Shown here: in pieces, positions 19,164-29,015 of the stretch
Layout of the letters: each line of letters starts with the position of its first letter
Numbering within the stretch: position 1 is the first letter of the stretch
Assembly (NCBI RefSeq): GCF_000039765.1
Contig: NC_004459.3
Coordinates: 840,001 to 872,000, forward strand
Length of the DNA: 32,000 bases
Origin: Vibrio vulnificus CMCP6
GTDB lineage: Bacteria; Pseudomonadota; Gammaproteobacteria; Enterobacterales; Vibrionaceae
Direction: 5' to 3'
Translations under genes and position numbers: made by a program
Notes under the pieces: model-generated
Told to the model about the DNA's origin: nothing
What the model saw: only the letters and a program-made list of their open reading frames with translations
The model's database searches: none

Positions 19164-21284
19164 TTGTATCTATTCGATAGCCTCAAAGACGTTGCCCAAG
19201 AATACCTTACAGAGCCTCAACTTGAGGCTCTGCGTCAATCTTATGTGGTAGCGCGAGATGCCCATGAAGGGCAAACCCGCTCAAGCGGTGAACCGTATAT
19301 CATCCACCCAGTCGCGGTGGCGCGCATTCTGGCCGACATGCGCCTGGATGTTGAAACTCTACAAGCAGCGTTACTCCACGACGTCATCGAAGATTGTGAC
19401 GTCAGCAAAGAAGATCTCGAAGCGCAATTTGGCCATACGGTGGCAGAGTTGGTTGATGGGGTTTCCAAGCTGGATAAGCTGAAATTTCGCGATCGCAAAG
19501 AAGCACAAGCGGAAAACTTCCGCAAAATGGTGCTGGCGATGGTACAAGATATTCGCGTTATCCTGATCAAACTGGCCGACCGTACTCATAACATGCGTAC
19601 CTTGGGCGCACTTCGCCCAGATAAAAAACGCCGAATTGCCCGCGAAACCCTCGAAATCTATTCACCTTTGGCTCATCGCCTTGGTATCCACAATATTAAA
19701 ACCGAATTGGAAGAGCTCGGCTTTGAAGCCCTCTACCCCAATCGCTACCGCGTATTAAAAGAGGTGGTGAAATCGGCGCGTGGTAACCGCAAAGAGATGA
19801 TCCAACGTATCCACAGTGAAATTGAAGGCCGCTTGCAAGAAGTGGGCTTACAAGCGCGCGTCTTAGGTCGTGAAAAAAATCTTTTCTCCATCTACAACAA
19901 GATGAAAACCAAAGAGCAGCGCTTTCACACCATCATGGATATTTACGCGTTTCGTGTCGTGGTCGATACCGCCGACACCTGCTATCGCGTACTCGGGCAG
20001 GTGCACAGCTTGTACAAGCCTCGTCCTGGTCGTATGAAAGATTACATCGCGGTCCCCAAAGCCAACGGCTACCAATCGCTGCATACCTCGATGGTGGGTC
20101 CTCATGGCGTCCCGGTGGAAGTGCAAATCCGCACCGAAGACATGGATCAAATGGCGGACAAAGGGGTTGCGGCTCATTGGTCTTATAAAGGCAATGGCGA
20201 ACGCACTGGCACTACGGCGCAAGTGAAGGCGCAGCGCTGGATGCAAAGCTTGCTGGAACTTCAGCAAAGCGCGGGTAACTCCTTCGAATTCATTGAGAAC
20301 GTAAAATCGGATCTCTTCCCGGATGAGATTTACGTCTTCACACCGAAAGGCCGCATTGTTGAACTGCCTGTTGGGGCGACGGCGGTGGATTTTGCCTACG
20401 CCGTGCATACCGATGTTGGTAATACCTGCGTTGGTGCACGTGTCGATCGCAATCCATACCCACTGAGCAAAGCGCTGAAAAATGGCCAAACCATTGAAAT
20501 CATCAGTGCGCCAGGCGCCCGTCCTAACGCAGCTTGGCTCAACTATGTGGTGACTTCTCGTGCGCGCACTAAGATTCGCCAAGTGCTGAAAACCATGCGT
20601 CGTGAAGAGTCGATTACTCTTGGTCGCCGTTTGTTGAATCATGCGCTCGGTGAGCACTCACTTGCCGACATCAGCCCAGAAAATCTCAACCATGTCTTGA
20701 GCGATCTCAAAATCCAATCTTTGGATGATCTGCTTGCGGCCATCGGCTTGGGTGAGCGTATGAGTATCGTGATTGCTCGCCGTTTGTTAGGTGATGCAGA
20801 CGAGCTCACAGAACTGCGTTCAAACGACAGCAAAACCAAGAAGAAGCTGCCAATTCGTGGCTCAGAAGGGTTACTGCTGACGTTTGCCAACTGTTGTCAT
20901 CCAATCCCAGATGATCACATCATTGCCCATGTTTCACCGGGCAGAGGCTTGGTGGTTCACCGTGAGACCTGTCCAAACGTACGTGGCTACCAACGCGAGC
21001 CCGATAAGTACATGGCGGTGGCTTGGTCAGACGATTACGATCAAGAGTTCATCGCGGAACTTAAAGTCGATATGCTCAACCATCAAGGTGCTTTGGCAGA
21101 ACTGACTAACGTGATTTCCAAAACGGGTTCAAACATCCATGGCTTATCGACTGAAGAGCGTGATGGCCGTTTGTATACTGTGACGGTGCTGCTGACCACC
21201 AAAGATCGCGTGCATCTTGCGGGCATCATGAAGAAGATTCGCGTCATGCCATCTTGTTCACGCGTGCGTCGTCGCAAGAACTGA
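19164..21284 (+). CDS. spoT: Bifunctional (p)ppGpp synthetase/hydrolase SpoT
   Basis: YLFDSLKDVAQEYLTEPQLEALRQSYVVARDAHEGQTRSSGEPYIIHPVAVARIL...; HD domain HDVIEDCDVSK; TGS and ACT domains. Start codon is TTG at 19164. Confidence 0.97.
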   Translation: MYLFDSLKDVAQEYLTEPQLEALRQSYVVARDAHEGQTRSSGEPYIIHPVAVARILADMRLDVETLQAALLHDVIEDCDVSKEDLEAQFGHTVAELVDGVSKLDKLKFRDRKEAQAENFRKMVLAMVQDIRVILIKLADRTHNMRTLGALRPDKKRRIARETLEIYSPLAHRLGIHNIKTELEELGFEALYPNRYRVLKEVVKSARGNRKEMIQRIHSEIEGRLQEVGLQARVLGREKNLFSIYNKMKTKEQRFHTIMDIYAFRVVVDTADTCYRVLGQVHSLYKPRPGRMKDYIAVPKANGYQSLHTSMVGPHGVPVEVQIRTEDMDQMADKGVAAHWSYKGNGERTGTTAQVKAQRWMQSLLELQQSAGNSFEFIENVKSDLFPDEIYVFTPKGRIVELPVGATAVDFAYAVHTDVGNTCVGARVDRNPYPLSKALKNGQTIEIISAPGARPNAAWLNYVVTSRARTKIRQVLKTMRREESITLGRRLLNHALGEHSLADISPENLNHVLSDLKIQSLDDLLAAIGLGERMSIVIARRLLGDADELTELRSNDSKTKKKLPIRGSEGLLLTFANCCHPIPDDHIIAHVSPGRGLVVHRETCPNVRGYQREPDKYMAVAWSDDYDQEFIAELKVDMLNHQGALAELTNVISKTGSNIHGLSTEERDGRLYTVTVLLTTKDRVHLAGIMKKIRVMPSCSRVRRRKN

Positions 21285-21309
21285 TCTCCGCATTCGATCG
21301 CTTTTCATC

Positions 21310-21341
21310 GCCCTTGAAATCAAGGTTTCAAGGGCTTTTTA
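21310..21341 (+). terminator. Rho-independent terminator after spoT
   Basis: GCCCTTGAAA-tcaagg-TTTCAAGGGC followed by TTTTTAT. Confidence 0.85.
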
Positions 21342-21371
21342 TTTTTATCAGAAAGCCAAATTCAAAATGTT

Positions 21372-22058
21372 ATGAATGAAGAACGTTATCAGAGAATCCA
21401 ACAAGTTTTAAAAGCACGTCAAACCGATCTCACCCTGTGCCTTGAAGAAGTGCATAAACCCAATAATGTGTCAGCAATGATCCGCACTGCCGATGCCACG
21501 GGATTGCACAAAGTGCATGCTGTGTGGCCCACCGAGCAGATGAAGACATTGAAAAACACCTCTGCCGGTGCAAGAAACTGGGTGGAAGTGGATACGCATG
21601 ATTCCATCGCAGACGCCGTGAGCGCTTTAAAAGCACAAGGGATGCAAGTGTTGGTGACCAACCTCTCTGATAGCGCCGTCGATTTTCGCCAAATCGATTA
21701 CACCCAACCGACCGCCATCATTTTGGGCAGCGAAAAGATTGGCGTTTCCGAGCAAGCCAAGGCACTGGCGGATCAAGACATCATGATTCCTATGGTGGGC
21801 ATGGTGCAATCACTCAACGTTTCTGTGGCTTGCGCGGTGATTCTGTATGAAGCGCAGCGCCAACGTGAAGCCGCGGGTATGTACCAAAACGACGAAAGCT
21901 CAATTGATGCCGAAACCATCAACCGCATTTTGTTTGAGCGTGGCCACCCGGTGTTGGCCAAAGTCGCCAAACGCAAAGGACTCGCTTACCCACCACTGGA
22001 TGATGCCGGACAAATTGTTGCGGATCCTGACTGGTGGGCAGACATGCAAAAGAAATAG
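21372..22058 (+). CDS. trmH: tRNA (guanosine(18)-2'-O)-methyltransferase
   Basis: SpoU family: NNVSAMIRTADATGLHKVHAVWPT...ILGSEKIGVSEQAKALADQDIMIPMVGMVQSLNVSVACAVILYEAQRQR; sits in the spoT-trmH-recG order. Confidence 0.95.
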   Translation: MNEERYQRIQQVLKARQTDLTLCLEEVHKPNNVSAMIRTADATGLHKVHAVWPTEQMKTLKNTSAGARNWVEVDTHDSIADAVSALKAQGMQVLVTNLSDSAVDFRQIDYTQPTAIILGSEKIGVSEQAKALADQDIMIPMVGMVQSLNVSVACAVILYEAQRQREAAGMYQNDESSIDAETINRILFERGHPVLAKVAKRKGLAYPPLDDAGQIVADPDWWADMQKK

Positions 22059-22060
22059 TC

Positions 22061-22092
22061 GTTATCTAGTTATCTAGTTTTCTAGTTTTCTA
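22061..22092. repeat. Four tandem 8 bp units GTTATCTA x2, GTTTTCTA x2
   Basis: GTTATCTA GTTATCTA GTTTTCTA GTTTTCTA read directly, starting 2 nt after the trmH stop. Confidence 0.75.
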
Positions 22093-22169
22093 GTGCCTAT
22101 TTTTTCCTGTACAAAAACACAGCCTAATGGTTAACATAACGCTATGTTTATCATTGTCTTGAGGCCAAT

Positions 22170-24251
22170 ATGTCTGCCCAACTGTTATCTGCTATCCCCC
22201 TCACATCCCTCAGTGGGGTCGGTGCTAAGGTGGCTGAAAAACTGGAGAAAATTGGCCTAAGCAGCGTGCAAGACCTGCTGTTTCACTTGCCACTTCGTTA
22301 CGAAGACCGCACCCGCATCTACCCGATTGCCAAATTGCATGCTGGATTGTGGGCCGCTGTGCAGGGCCATGTGATGCAAGTGGATACCTTGTTTGGTAAA
22401 CGCAAGATGTTGACGGTGAAGCTCAGCGACGGGAATGGCACCATCACGTTGCGTTTTTTCAACTTTACCGCGGCAATGAAAAACAATTTTGCTGAAGGTA
22501 AGTTAGTACACGCTTACGGCGAAATTAAGCGCGGTAATATGGGGCTGGAGATCGTTCACCCAGACTACAAGTTTTTCGCCCCAACGCAGAAGCCCGATGT
22601 GGAACAGAGCTTAACGCCTGTTTATCCTACCACCGATGGCTTAAGGCAAATCACGCTACGTAACCTCACAGACCAAGCCATCGCCCTGCTCGATAAAGCC
22701 GCGGTTCAAGAGTTACTGCCTGCCGGGTTGTATGACCAACAACTGACCATGGGGCAAGCGCTGCACATTATCCATCGTCCTTCGCCGGAGATTAATCTGG
22801 AACTGTTCGACGAAGGGAAGCACCCTGCCCAAGTTCGCTTAATTATGGAAGAGTTGCTGGCTCAGAACTTATCCATGCTCGCCGTGCGCAGCAAAGGTCA
22901 GCAAGATGTCGCGCTGCCACTTCCCCCCGTCCACCAGCTTAAACAACAGCTGTTAGCCCAACTGCCTTTTTCACCGACCAATGCCCAAGCGCGAGTGGTG
23001 CAAGAGATTGAAGAAGATTTGCAAAAAGCGCATCCGATGATGCGTTTGGTGCAAGGGGATGTCGGCTCGGGTAAAACCTTAGTGGCAGCCTTGGCCGCGG
23101 TACGCGCTATCGAACATGGCTACCAAGTGGCGCTGATGGCGCCCACCGAATTGCTGGCCGAGCAGCACGCGATCAACTTCGCCAATTGGTTTGAAAAAAT
23201 GGGCATTCCCGTTGGCTGGCTCGCAGGCAAGCTCAAAGGTAAAGCCAAAGAAGCCGAATTAGCCCGCATTGCCAGTGGCGAAGCGAAAATGGTGGTCGGG
23301 ACACATGCGCTGTTCCAAGAACACGTGGTGTTTGACCATCTTGCTCTTGTGATCATTGATGAACAGCACCGCTTTGGCGTGCATCAACGCTTGGAACTGC
23401 GCGAAAAAGGCGCCAAACAAGGCGCTTACCCACATCAACTGATCATGACTGCTACTCCGATCCCTCGCACATTGGCCATGACCGCTTATGCCGATTTGGA
23501 AACATCGGTGATCGACGAGTTACCGCCGGGACGAACCCCTATCCAAACCGTCGCGATTCCCGACACCAAACGCGAGGACATTGTCGAGCGCATTCGTCAT
23601 GCCTGCCTCAATGAGGGTAAGCAGGCGTATTGGGTCTGTACCCTGATTGATGAATCGGAAGTATTGGAAGCCCAAGCGGCAGCAGACACTGCCGAAGAGC
23701 TGCAACGTAAATTGCCTGATGTGCGCATTGGTTTGGTGCATGGCCGAATGAAACCGGCTGAAAAACAAGCGGTGATGCAAGCGTTCAAAAACAATGAATT
23801 GCATCTTTTGGTGGCCACCACAGTGATCGAAGTCGGGGTCGATGTGCCCAACGCCAGCTTGATGATCATCGAAAACCCCGAGCGCTTGGGTCTCGCACAA
23901 TTGCACCAGTTGCGCGGTCGCGTCGGTCGAGGCTCGGTAGCAAGCCACTGCGTATTGCTCTATCACGCTCCGCTGTCCAAAACAGCGCAAAAGCGCCTCT
24001 CGGTATTGCGCGAAAGTAACGATGGTTTCGTCATTGCTCAGCGCGATCTTGAGATCCGTGGGCCAGGTGAGTTGCTCGGCACCAAACAAACCGGCCTAGC
24101 GGATTTCAAAATTGCCGATCTCGTCCGCGACCAGCGCCTTATCCCCGAAGTTCAGCGCGCTGCACGCTACATTCACCACAATTACCCACAAAATGCCGCC
24201 GCGATTATTGAACGCTGGTTGGGCGAGCGTGATATTTATTCTAAGGCGTGA
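22170..24251 (+). CDS. recG: ATP-dependent DNA helicase RecG
   Basis: MRLVQGDVGSGKTLVAALAA, LMAPTELLAEQHA, IIDEQHRFGVHQR, TATPIPRTLAMTAYADLETSVIDELPPGRTP. Confidence 0.97.
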   Translation: MSAQLLSAIPLTSLSGVGAKVAEKLEKIGLSSVQDLLFHLPLRYEDRTRIYPIAKLHAGLWAAVQGHVMQVDTLFGKRKMLTVKLSDGNGTITLRFFNFTAAMKNNFAEGKLVHAYGEIKRGNMGLEIVHPDYKFFAPTQKPDVEQSLTPVYPTTDGLRQITLRNLTDQAIALLDKAAVQELLPAGLYDQQLTMGQALHIIHRPSPEINLELFDEGKHPAQVRLIMEELLAQNLSMLAVRSKGQQDVALPLPPVHQLKQQLLAQLPFSPTNAQARVVQEIEEDLQKAHPMMRLVQGDVGSGKTLVAALAAVRAIEHGYQVALMAPTELLAEQHAINFANWFEKMGIPVGWLAGKLKGKAKEAELARIASGEAKMVVGTHALFQEHVVFDHLALVIIDEQHRFGVHQRLELREKGAKQGAYPHQLIMTATPIPRTLAMTAYADLETSVIDELPPGRTPIQTVAIPDTKREDIVERIRHACLNEGKQAYWVCTLIDESEVLEAQAAADTAEELQRKLPDVRIGLVHGRMKPAEKQAVMQAFKNNELHLLVATTVIEVGVDVPNASLMIIENPERLGLAQLHQLRGRVGRGSVASHCVLLYHAPLSKTAQKRLSVLRESNDGFVIAQRDLEIRGPGELLGTKQTGLADFKIADLVRDQRLIPEVQRAARYIHHNYPQNAAAIIERWLGERDIYSKA

Positions 24252-24322
24252 TCCACGCCTTTCATTGACCATCTTCTCTTCGCTCCCTGTCGAATCCATC
24301 ATCCTGTTTAGTCAATAGAAAA

Positions 24323-24360
24323 TAGCAAACGATTGCTTTTTAGAATAATCGCCCTATAAT
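24323..24360 (+). promoter_or_regulatory. PurR-like operator overlapping a sigma70-like promoter upstream of the purine permease
   Basis: TAGCAAACGATTGCTT (24323-24338) matches 9 of 10 fixed positions of ANGCAANCGNTTNCNT. TTGCTT at 24333-24338, 16 bp spacer, TATAAT at 24355-24360. Confidence 0.6.
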
Positions 24361-24506
24361 GCCGCACAAATTGTGAGGATGACTTTTCTCACCTTCCCAA
24401 CCAGAGCGGATTTCTGAATAACAGCAATCACAGATGATGACATCCGTTCACCTTGGCCTCCCATTCAGCGAGCGCTAAGTCTGCGTACAACAATTAGGAA
24501 CATACC

Positions 24507-25910
24507 ATGACAACGCCGAACCCGACGCGTAAAACGGATCTGATCTATCAACTCAACGATCGTCCACCTTTGCCTCAAACTTTGTTTGCTGCACTGCAGC
24601 ACTTGCTGGCGATGTTTGTCGCTGTGATCACTCCATCCTTGATTATTTGCCAAGCGCTTGGCGTGTCTGCCGAACAAACCAACACCATCATCAGCATGTC
24701 GCTGTTTGCTTCGGGCATTTCTTCCTTTATTCAAATCCGCACTTTTGGTCCGATTGGCTCTGGGCTGCTGTCTGTACAAGGCACCAGTTTTAACTTCTTA
24801 GGTCCAATTATTGGCGCTGGTTTAGCGCTGAAGGCAGGCGGCGCCAGCGTTGAGAGCATGATGGCGGCGATTTTTGGCACCATTTTGGTTGCCTCGTTTG
24901 CAGAGATTCTCCTTTCACGCGTGCTGGAATACGCGCGTCGCATCATTACGCCATTGGTTTCTGGCATCGTCGTGACCTTAATTGGTTTAACCCTGATTCA
25001 AGTCGGCTTGGTATCGATGGGCGGCGGCTACGCGGCCCTGGGCGATGGCACTTTTGGCAGCCTCGATAAGTTGGCGCTGGCGGGCACCGTACTGGGCCTG
25101 ATTGTGTTACTCAATCGCGCCAAGAACCCTTACGTACGCGTGGCGTCGATTGTGATAGCCATGTTGGTGGGCTATGTCATGGCCTACTTCATGGGCATGG
25201 TAGACACTCGCCAAGCCAGCAGCAGCGCACTGATTGCCTTACCAATCCCGATGCAGTTTGGTCTGAGTTTCGACTGGTCGCTGTTTATTCCACTGGTTCT
25301 GATTTTCCTCATCACCGCGCTGGAAGCGATTGGTGATATTACCGCCACCTCGGAAGTGTCTGGCGAACCAGTCAAAGGCCCGGTGTATATGAAGCGCATT
25401 AAAGGCGGCGTATTGGCCGACGGTCTGAACTCGGCATTGGCGGCGGTATTCAATAGTTTCCCAAACTCCACTTTCAGCCAAAACAACGGCGTGATCTTGC
25501 TAACGGGTGTCGCAAGCCGCTACGTCGGTTACTTCATCGCCGGCATGTTGGTACTGCTTGGTCTGTTCCCTGGCGTTGCTGGTTTTGTTCAGTTGATTCC
25601 GGAACCAGTTTTAGGCGGTGCAACCATCGTGATGTTCGGCACCATCGCCGCTGCAGGTGTGCGCATCATTTCTCGTGTTGACCTCGATCGCCGTGCCATT
25701 CTCATCATGGCACTGTCGTTCTCGATGGGTTTAGGCATTGCGCAGAAACCGGAGATTTTGCAGTTTATGCCTGAGTTCATTAAGAGCATTTTCTCTTCCG
25801 GCGTTGCTGCTGGTGGCATTACCGCGATTGTGCTTAACCTTCTTCTGCCTGAAAAGCTTCAGGGTGAAGAAGAGGAAAAGGCGCACGAGCCCGCGACTGT
25901 AAAGCGCTAA
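24507..25910 (+). CDS. NCS2-family xanthine/uracil (purine) permease
   Basis: 467 aa multi-TM; [23 protein letters not shown]...[20 protein letters not shown]...[26 protein letters not shown]. Confidence 0.92.
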   Translation: MTTPNPTRKTDLIYQLNDRPPLPQTLFAALQHLLAMFVAVITPSLIICQALGVSAEQTNTIISMSLFASGISSFIQIRTFGPIGSGLLSVQGTSFNFLGPIIGAGLALKAGGASVESMMAAIFGTILVASFAEILLSRVLEYARRIITPLVSGIVVTLIGLTLIQVGLVSMGGGYAALGDGTFGSLDKLALAGTVLGLIVLLNRAKNPYVRVASIVIAMLVGYVMAYFMGMVDTRQASSSALIALPIPMQFGLSFDWSLFIPLVLIFLITALEAIGDITATSEVSGEPVKGPVYMKRIKGGVLADGLNSALAAVFNSFPNSTFSQNNGVILLTGVASRYVGYFIAGMLVLLGLFPGVAGFVQLIPEPVLGGATIVMFGTIAAAGVRIISRVDLDRRAILIMALSFSMGLGIAQKPEILQFMPEFIKSIFSSGVAAGGITAIVLNLLLPEKLQGEEEEKAHEPATVKR

Positions 25911-25921
25911 TCTACACAAAG

Positions 25922-25954
25922 AAAAAGGGTTGCCGACTGTGGCAACCCTTTTTT
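25922..25954. terminator. Bidirectional terminator between the permease gene and envZ
   Basis: AAAAAGGGTTGCC-gactgt-GGCAACCCTTTTTT. Confidence 0.88.
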
Positions 25955-25986
25955 AACCCAATGACCCTTCCTAAATAGGGTTACGA

Positions 25987-27288
25987 CTAACGTTCGCTGG
26001 TCGGAAAGCTCAACTGTACTTTGAGCCCACCTTCGCTGCGGTTGTTCACCACCACCGAGCCGTGATGCTGGCTGACAATACGTTTGACAATGGCCAGCCC
26101 TAAGCCGGTTCCTTCGCTACCACGAGCCGTATCGCCACGGGTGAAAGGTTCAAACAACTTCGCCACTTGTGATTTTTCAATCCCTGGGCCGTTATCTTCC
26201 ACACACACCCACACCAACTTGCTGTCTGCGGTCATCCCCGTGCTGATTTTCACCCATCCATTACCATAACGCAGCGCATTGACCACTAAGTTGCTTACGG
26301 CACGCTTAATCGCAATCGGGCTGCCAAAAGCGGTGCGAATCGAAGGCTGGAAGGCGGTCTCAATCTGCACTTCGTAACCCCCTTCGGAGCTCGCCACATC
26401 CCCAGAAATACCATTGATGTCGACCTCGGTGAAACTTTGCGTATTCACCGGTTTGAGGTAGTCCATAAACTGGCTGATGATCTCATTACACTCTTCAGTA
26501 TCACTGATGATCCCTTCCGCTAAATAGCTGTCTTCTGGTGACATCATTTCAGTCGCAAGGCGAATTCGTGTTAACGGCGTTCTTAAATCATGGCTAATAC
26601 CCGCCATCAACAACGCACGGTCAGCTTCCAACTCTTGAATGCCGCGAGACATTTGGTTGAACGCGCGCGTCACCGCACGGATCTCTGTGGCCCCTTTTTC
26701 TGGAAGCGGTGGAGGGATTTCCCCTCGACCGACTTCCTTGGCCGCCTTCTCCAGCGCGATGAGTGGCCGGTTTTGTAAACGGATAAACAGCCAACCACCA
26801 GCGATGATCAACAGCGCCACAATCAAACTGTTGCGAAACAGTGGAGCGAAATCTTCTTCTTGCAGTTCAGAGAGCGGAATGCGGATCAGTGAGCCTGGAA
26901 GCGCGTCAATTTTCATCCACAAAATGTAGCTTTCGCTGCCCAACAGCAGACGCACTTCGGTTGGCGAACCAAGCTCGTGAGTCATCTCTTCACTCATCAA
27001 ATCGATGGTCATCGCATGGTCAAACTCTTTGGCTTGTTCACTATCTTCCGCGTGCACCGTCACACCAAGTTGCTCCAAAACCTGCCGACGCAACGGCGCA
27101 TCCGCCATCAGTGCGCTGTCGTCATCGAGCACCAAATTCAGCTCATGGGCGAGGATTTTGTTGAACTGCTGCAAACTCGGCAATAGCGCGTAGTTGAACA
27201 CCGCGTAATAGGAGAACACTTGACTGGCGAGCAGCAACGTAATGAAGATAAATATCGATTGGGTAAAGGAACTACGAAAACGCATCAA
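25987..27288 (-). CDS. envZ: Osmosensor histidine kinase EnvZ
   Basis: 433 aa; [27 protein letters not shown]-box, VEDNGPGI and [12 protein letters not shown]; paired with ompR. Confidence 0.95.
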   Translation of the reverse strand: MMRFRSSFTQSIFIFITLLLASQVFSYYAVFNYALLPSLQQFNKILAHELNLVLDDDSALMADAPLRRQVLEQLGVTVHAEDSEQAKEFDHAMTIDLMSEEMTHELGSPTEVRLLLGSESYILWMKIDALPGSLIRIPLSELQEEDFAPLFRNSLIVALLIIAGGWLFIRLQNRPLIALEKAAKEVGRGEIPPPLPEKGATEIRAVTRAFNQMSRGIQELEADRALLMAGISHDLRTPLTRIRLATEMMSPEDSYLAEGIISDTEECNEIISQFMDYLKPVNTQSFTEVDINGISGDVASSEGGYEVQIETAFQPSIRTAFGSPIAIKRAVSNLVVNALRYGNGWVKISTGMTADSKLVWVCVEDNGPGIEKSQVAKLFEPFTRGDTARGSEGTGLGLAIVKRIVSQHHGSVVVNNRSEGGLKVQLSFPTSER

Positions 27289-27377
27289 AGACCTCGGCAG
27301 CTAGGTAGAGTACGAAGGTAGAATAAACAACAATCCCTGGTCAAAGCCAGGGATTGGAGAAGAATCATCATGTCAGA

Positions 27378-28097
27378 TTAAGCTGGTTTGCCATCAGGAA
27401 CAAACACATAACCTAGGCCCCATACAGTTTGGATGTAGCGAGGTTTGCTTGGGTCCTCTTCCAACATACGACGTAGGCGAGAAATTTGTACGTCAATGGA
27501 ACGTTCCATCGCGGAGTATTCACGTCCGCGCGCCATGTTCATCAACTTGTCGCGCGACATCGGTTCACGCGCATTGGTCACTAGCGATTTCAGTACCGCA
27601 AATTCACCCGAGGTGAGTGGCATCGGCTCATCACCACGGAACATTTCACGCGTGCCCAAGTTCAGACGAAACTCACCAAACTCGACAATTTTCTCTTCCG
27701 CACTTGGCGCACCTGGCAGCTCGATGGTTTGACGACGCAACACCGCTTTAATACGCGCAAGTAACTCACGTGGGTTGAACGGTTTTGGCAGGTAATCGTC
27801 CGCACCCACTTCTAAACCCACGATGCGGTCAACCTCATCCCCTTTTGCTGTCAGCATCAGGATAGGCAACATGTTGTTGGCATTACGCAGACGACGACAG
27901 ATCGAAAGACCATCTTCACCAGGAAGCATTAAATCCAGTACCATTAAGTGGAAGTTTTCACGGGTCAATAGGCGATCCATCTGTTCCCCATTGGCGACAC
28001 TGCGCACTTGGAAACCTTGTTCTGACAGATAACGCTCCAACAACGCACGCAAGCGAGCATCATCATCAACCACTAAAATTTTAAAATTCTCTTGCAT
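27378..28097 (-). CDS. ompR: Response regulator OmpR
   Basis: MQENFKILVVDDDARLRALLERYLSEQGFQVRSVAN...VFVPDGKPA; start taken at the internal Met (28097). Confidence 0.96.
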   Translation of the reverse strand: MQENFKILVVDDDARLRALLERYLSEQGFQVRSVANGEQMDRLLTRENFHLMVLDLMLPGEDGLSICRRLRNANNMLPILMLTAKGDEVDRIVGLEVGADDYLPKPFNPRELLARIKAVLRRQTIELPGAPSAEEKIVEFGEFRLNLGTREMFRGDEPMPLTSGEFAVLKSLVTNAREPMSRDKLMNMARGREYSAMERSIDVQISRLRRMLEEDPSKPRYIQTVWGLGYVFVPDGKPA

Positions 28098-28257
28098 GTG
28101 TCCGTCCACCTATTTCATAAGCTTCCACCAAATCTGGTTCGGTAAAATGTAACACCGATTATCCATTTATGGCGCAAAGAATTGTTAATCTTTATTACTT
28201 TTAGCGGATGCACCACCCGCTTGCAACGTCGTACGTCACTAATCGTTAAGATAAAAC

Positions 28258-28278
28258 AAACCCGCACGAGGCGGGTTT
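28258..28278 (-). terminator. Terminator downstream of greB
   Basis: AAACCCGC-acgag-GCGGGTTT; on the minus strand followed by GTTTTATC. Confidence 0.75.
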
Positions 28279-28297
28279 GAAAAGGTGACAAGAGAAA

Positions 28298-28780
28298 TCA
28301 CTCCCCTTTATCGTATTCGATCGAGTTGATGAACCACTCTTTGATGCCGCTTGGGGTTGGCACTTGCACTTCGTCATCGACTTCTTTTTTCAACAGCGCG
28401 CGTGCCATCGGCGAGTCAATCGAAATGTAGCCTTTGGCATCACCGTAAATTTCTTCTGGGCCGACGATGCGAAATTTCATCACTTCGCCCGCTTCGTTTT
28501 CAATTTCCACCCACGCACCAAAGAAGACTTTGCCCTCTTGCTGCGGTGCGTAATCAACGATTTTGACTTCCGGTAAAAACTTACTCAAAAAGCGCACACG
28601 GCGATCGATTTGACGTAGCAAACGCTTGTTGTAGGTGTAGTCGGCGTTTTCTGAACGATCGCCGAGGCTCGCCGCCCACGACACTTTCTGCGTGATCTCA
28701 GGGCGGTGCTCTTTCCACAGATAATCGAGCTCTTGCTTGAGCTTGTTGTACCCTTCACGGGTAATCATTTTGGTTTTCAC
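28298..28780 (-). CDS. greB: Transcription elongation factor GreB
   Basis: (V/M)KTKMITREGYNKLKQELDYLWKEHRPEITQKVSWAASLGDRSENADYTYNKRLLRQIDRRVRFL; likely GTG start at 28780, with the ORF open upstream to 28855. Confidence 0.93.
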   Translation of the reverse strand: MKTKMITREGYNKLKQELDYLWKEHRPEITQKVSWAASLGDRSENADYTYNKRLLRQIDRRVRFLSKFLPEVKIVDYAPQQEGKVFFGAWVEIENEAGEVMKFRIVGPEEIYGDAKGYISIDSPMARALLKKEVDDEVQVPTPSGIKEWFINSIEYDKGE

Positions 28781-29015
28781 GAACTTTCCCTTAATGGCTC
28801 GAACGGAATCAGATGGAGCGAAAAGTAACGAGTTTTGCCGCGCTTTGCCAGTCACCTGCGAAGATTTGACGCAATACTCTCAAAAGCGGCGGTAAAACGT
28901 GTTATTGATCACCGACATGAACGCAGGTCACTCAGCCACTCTCCCACAAGGGTAGAAACTGACGCGAACTGTCCCCATATTAGACCCACTAACGAAGAAC
29001 AAAGAGATCCCACGG

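Noticed and set aside
19863-20657. 264 aa minus-strand ORF antisense to spoT
   Set aside because: His/Arg-rich translation is typical of antisense frames in conserved genes; spoT is clearly the real gene.
23520-24089. 189 aa minus-strand ORF antisense to recG
   Set aside because: Lies wholly within the conserved recG helicase region; no independent support.
24361-24506. Possible purine riboswitch in the ~140 nt leader of the NCS2 permease
   Set aside because: I could not find the conserved purine aptamer core motifs or a terminator/antiterminator pair, and the PurR-like operator is a sufficient explanation.
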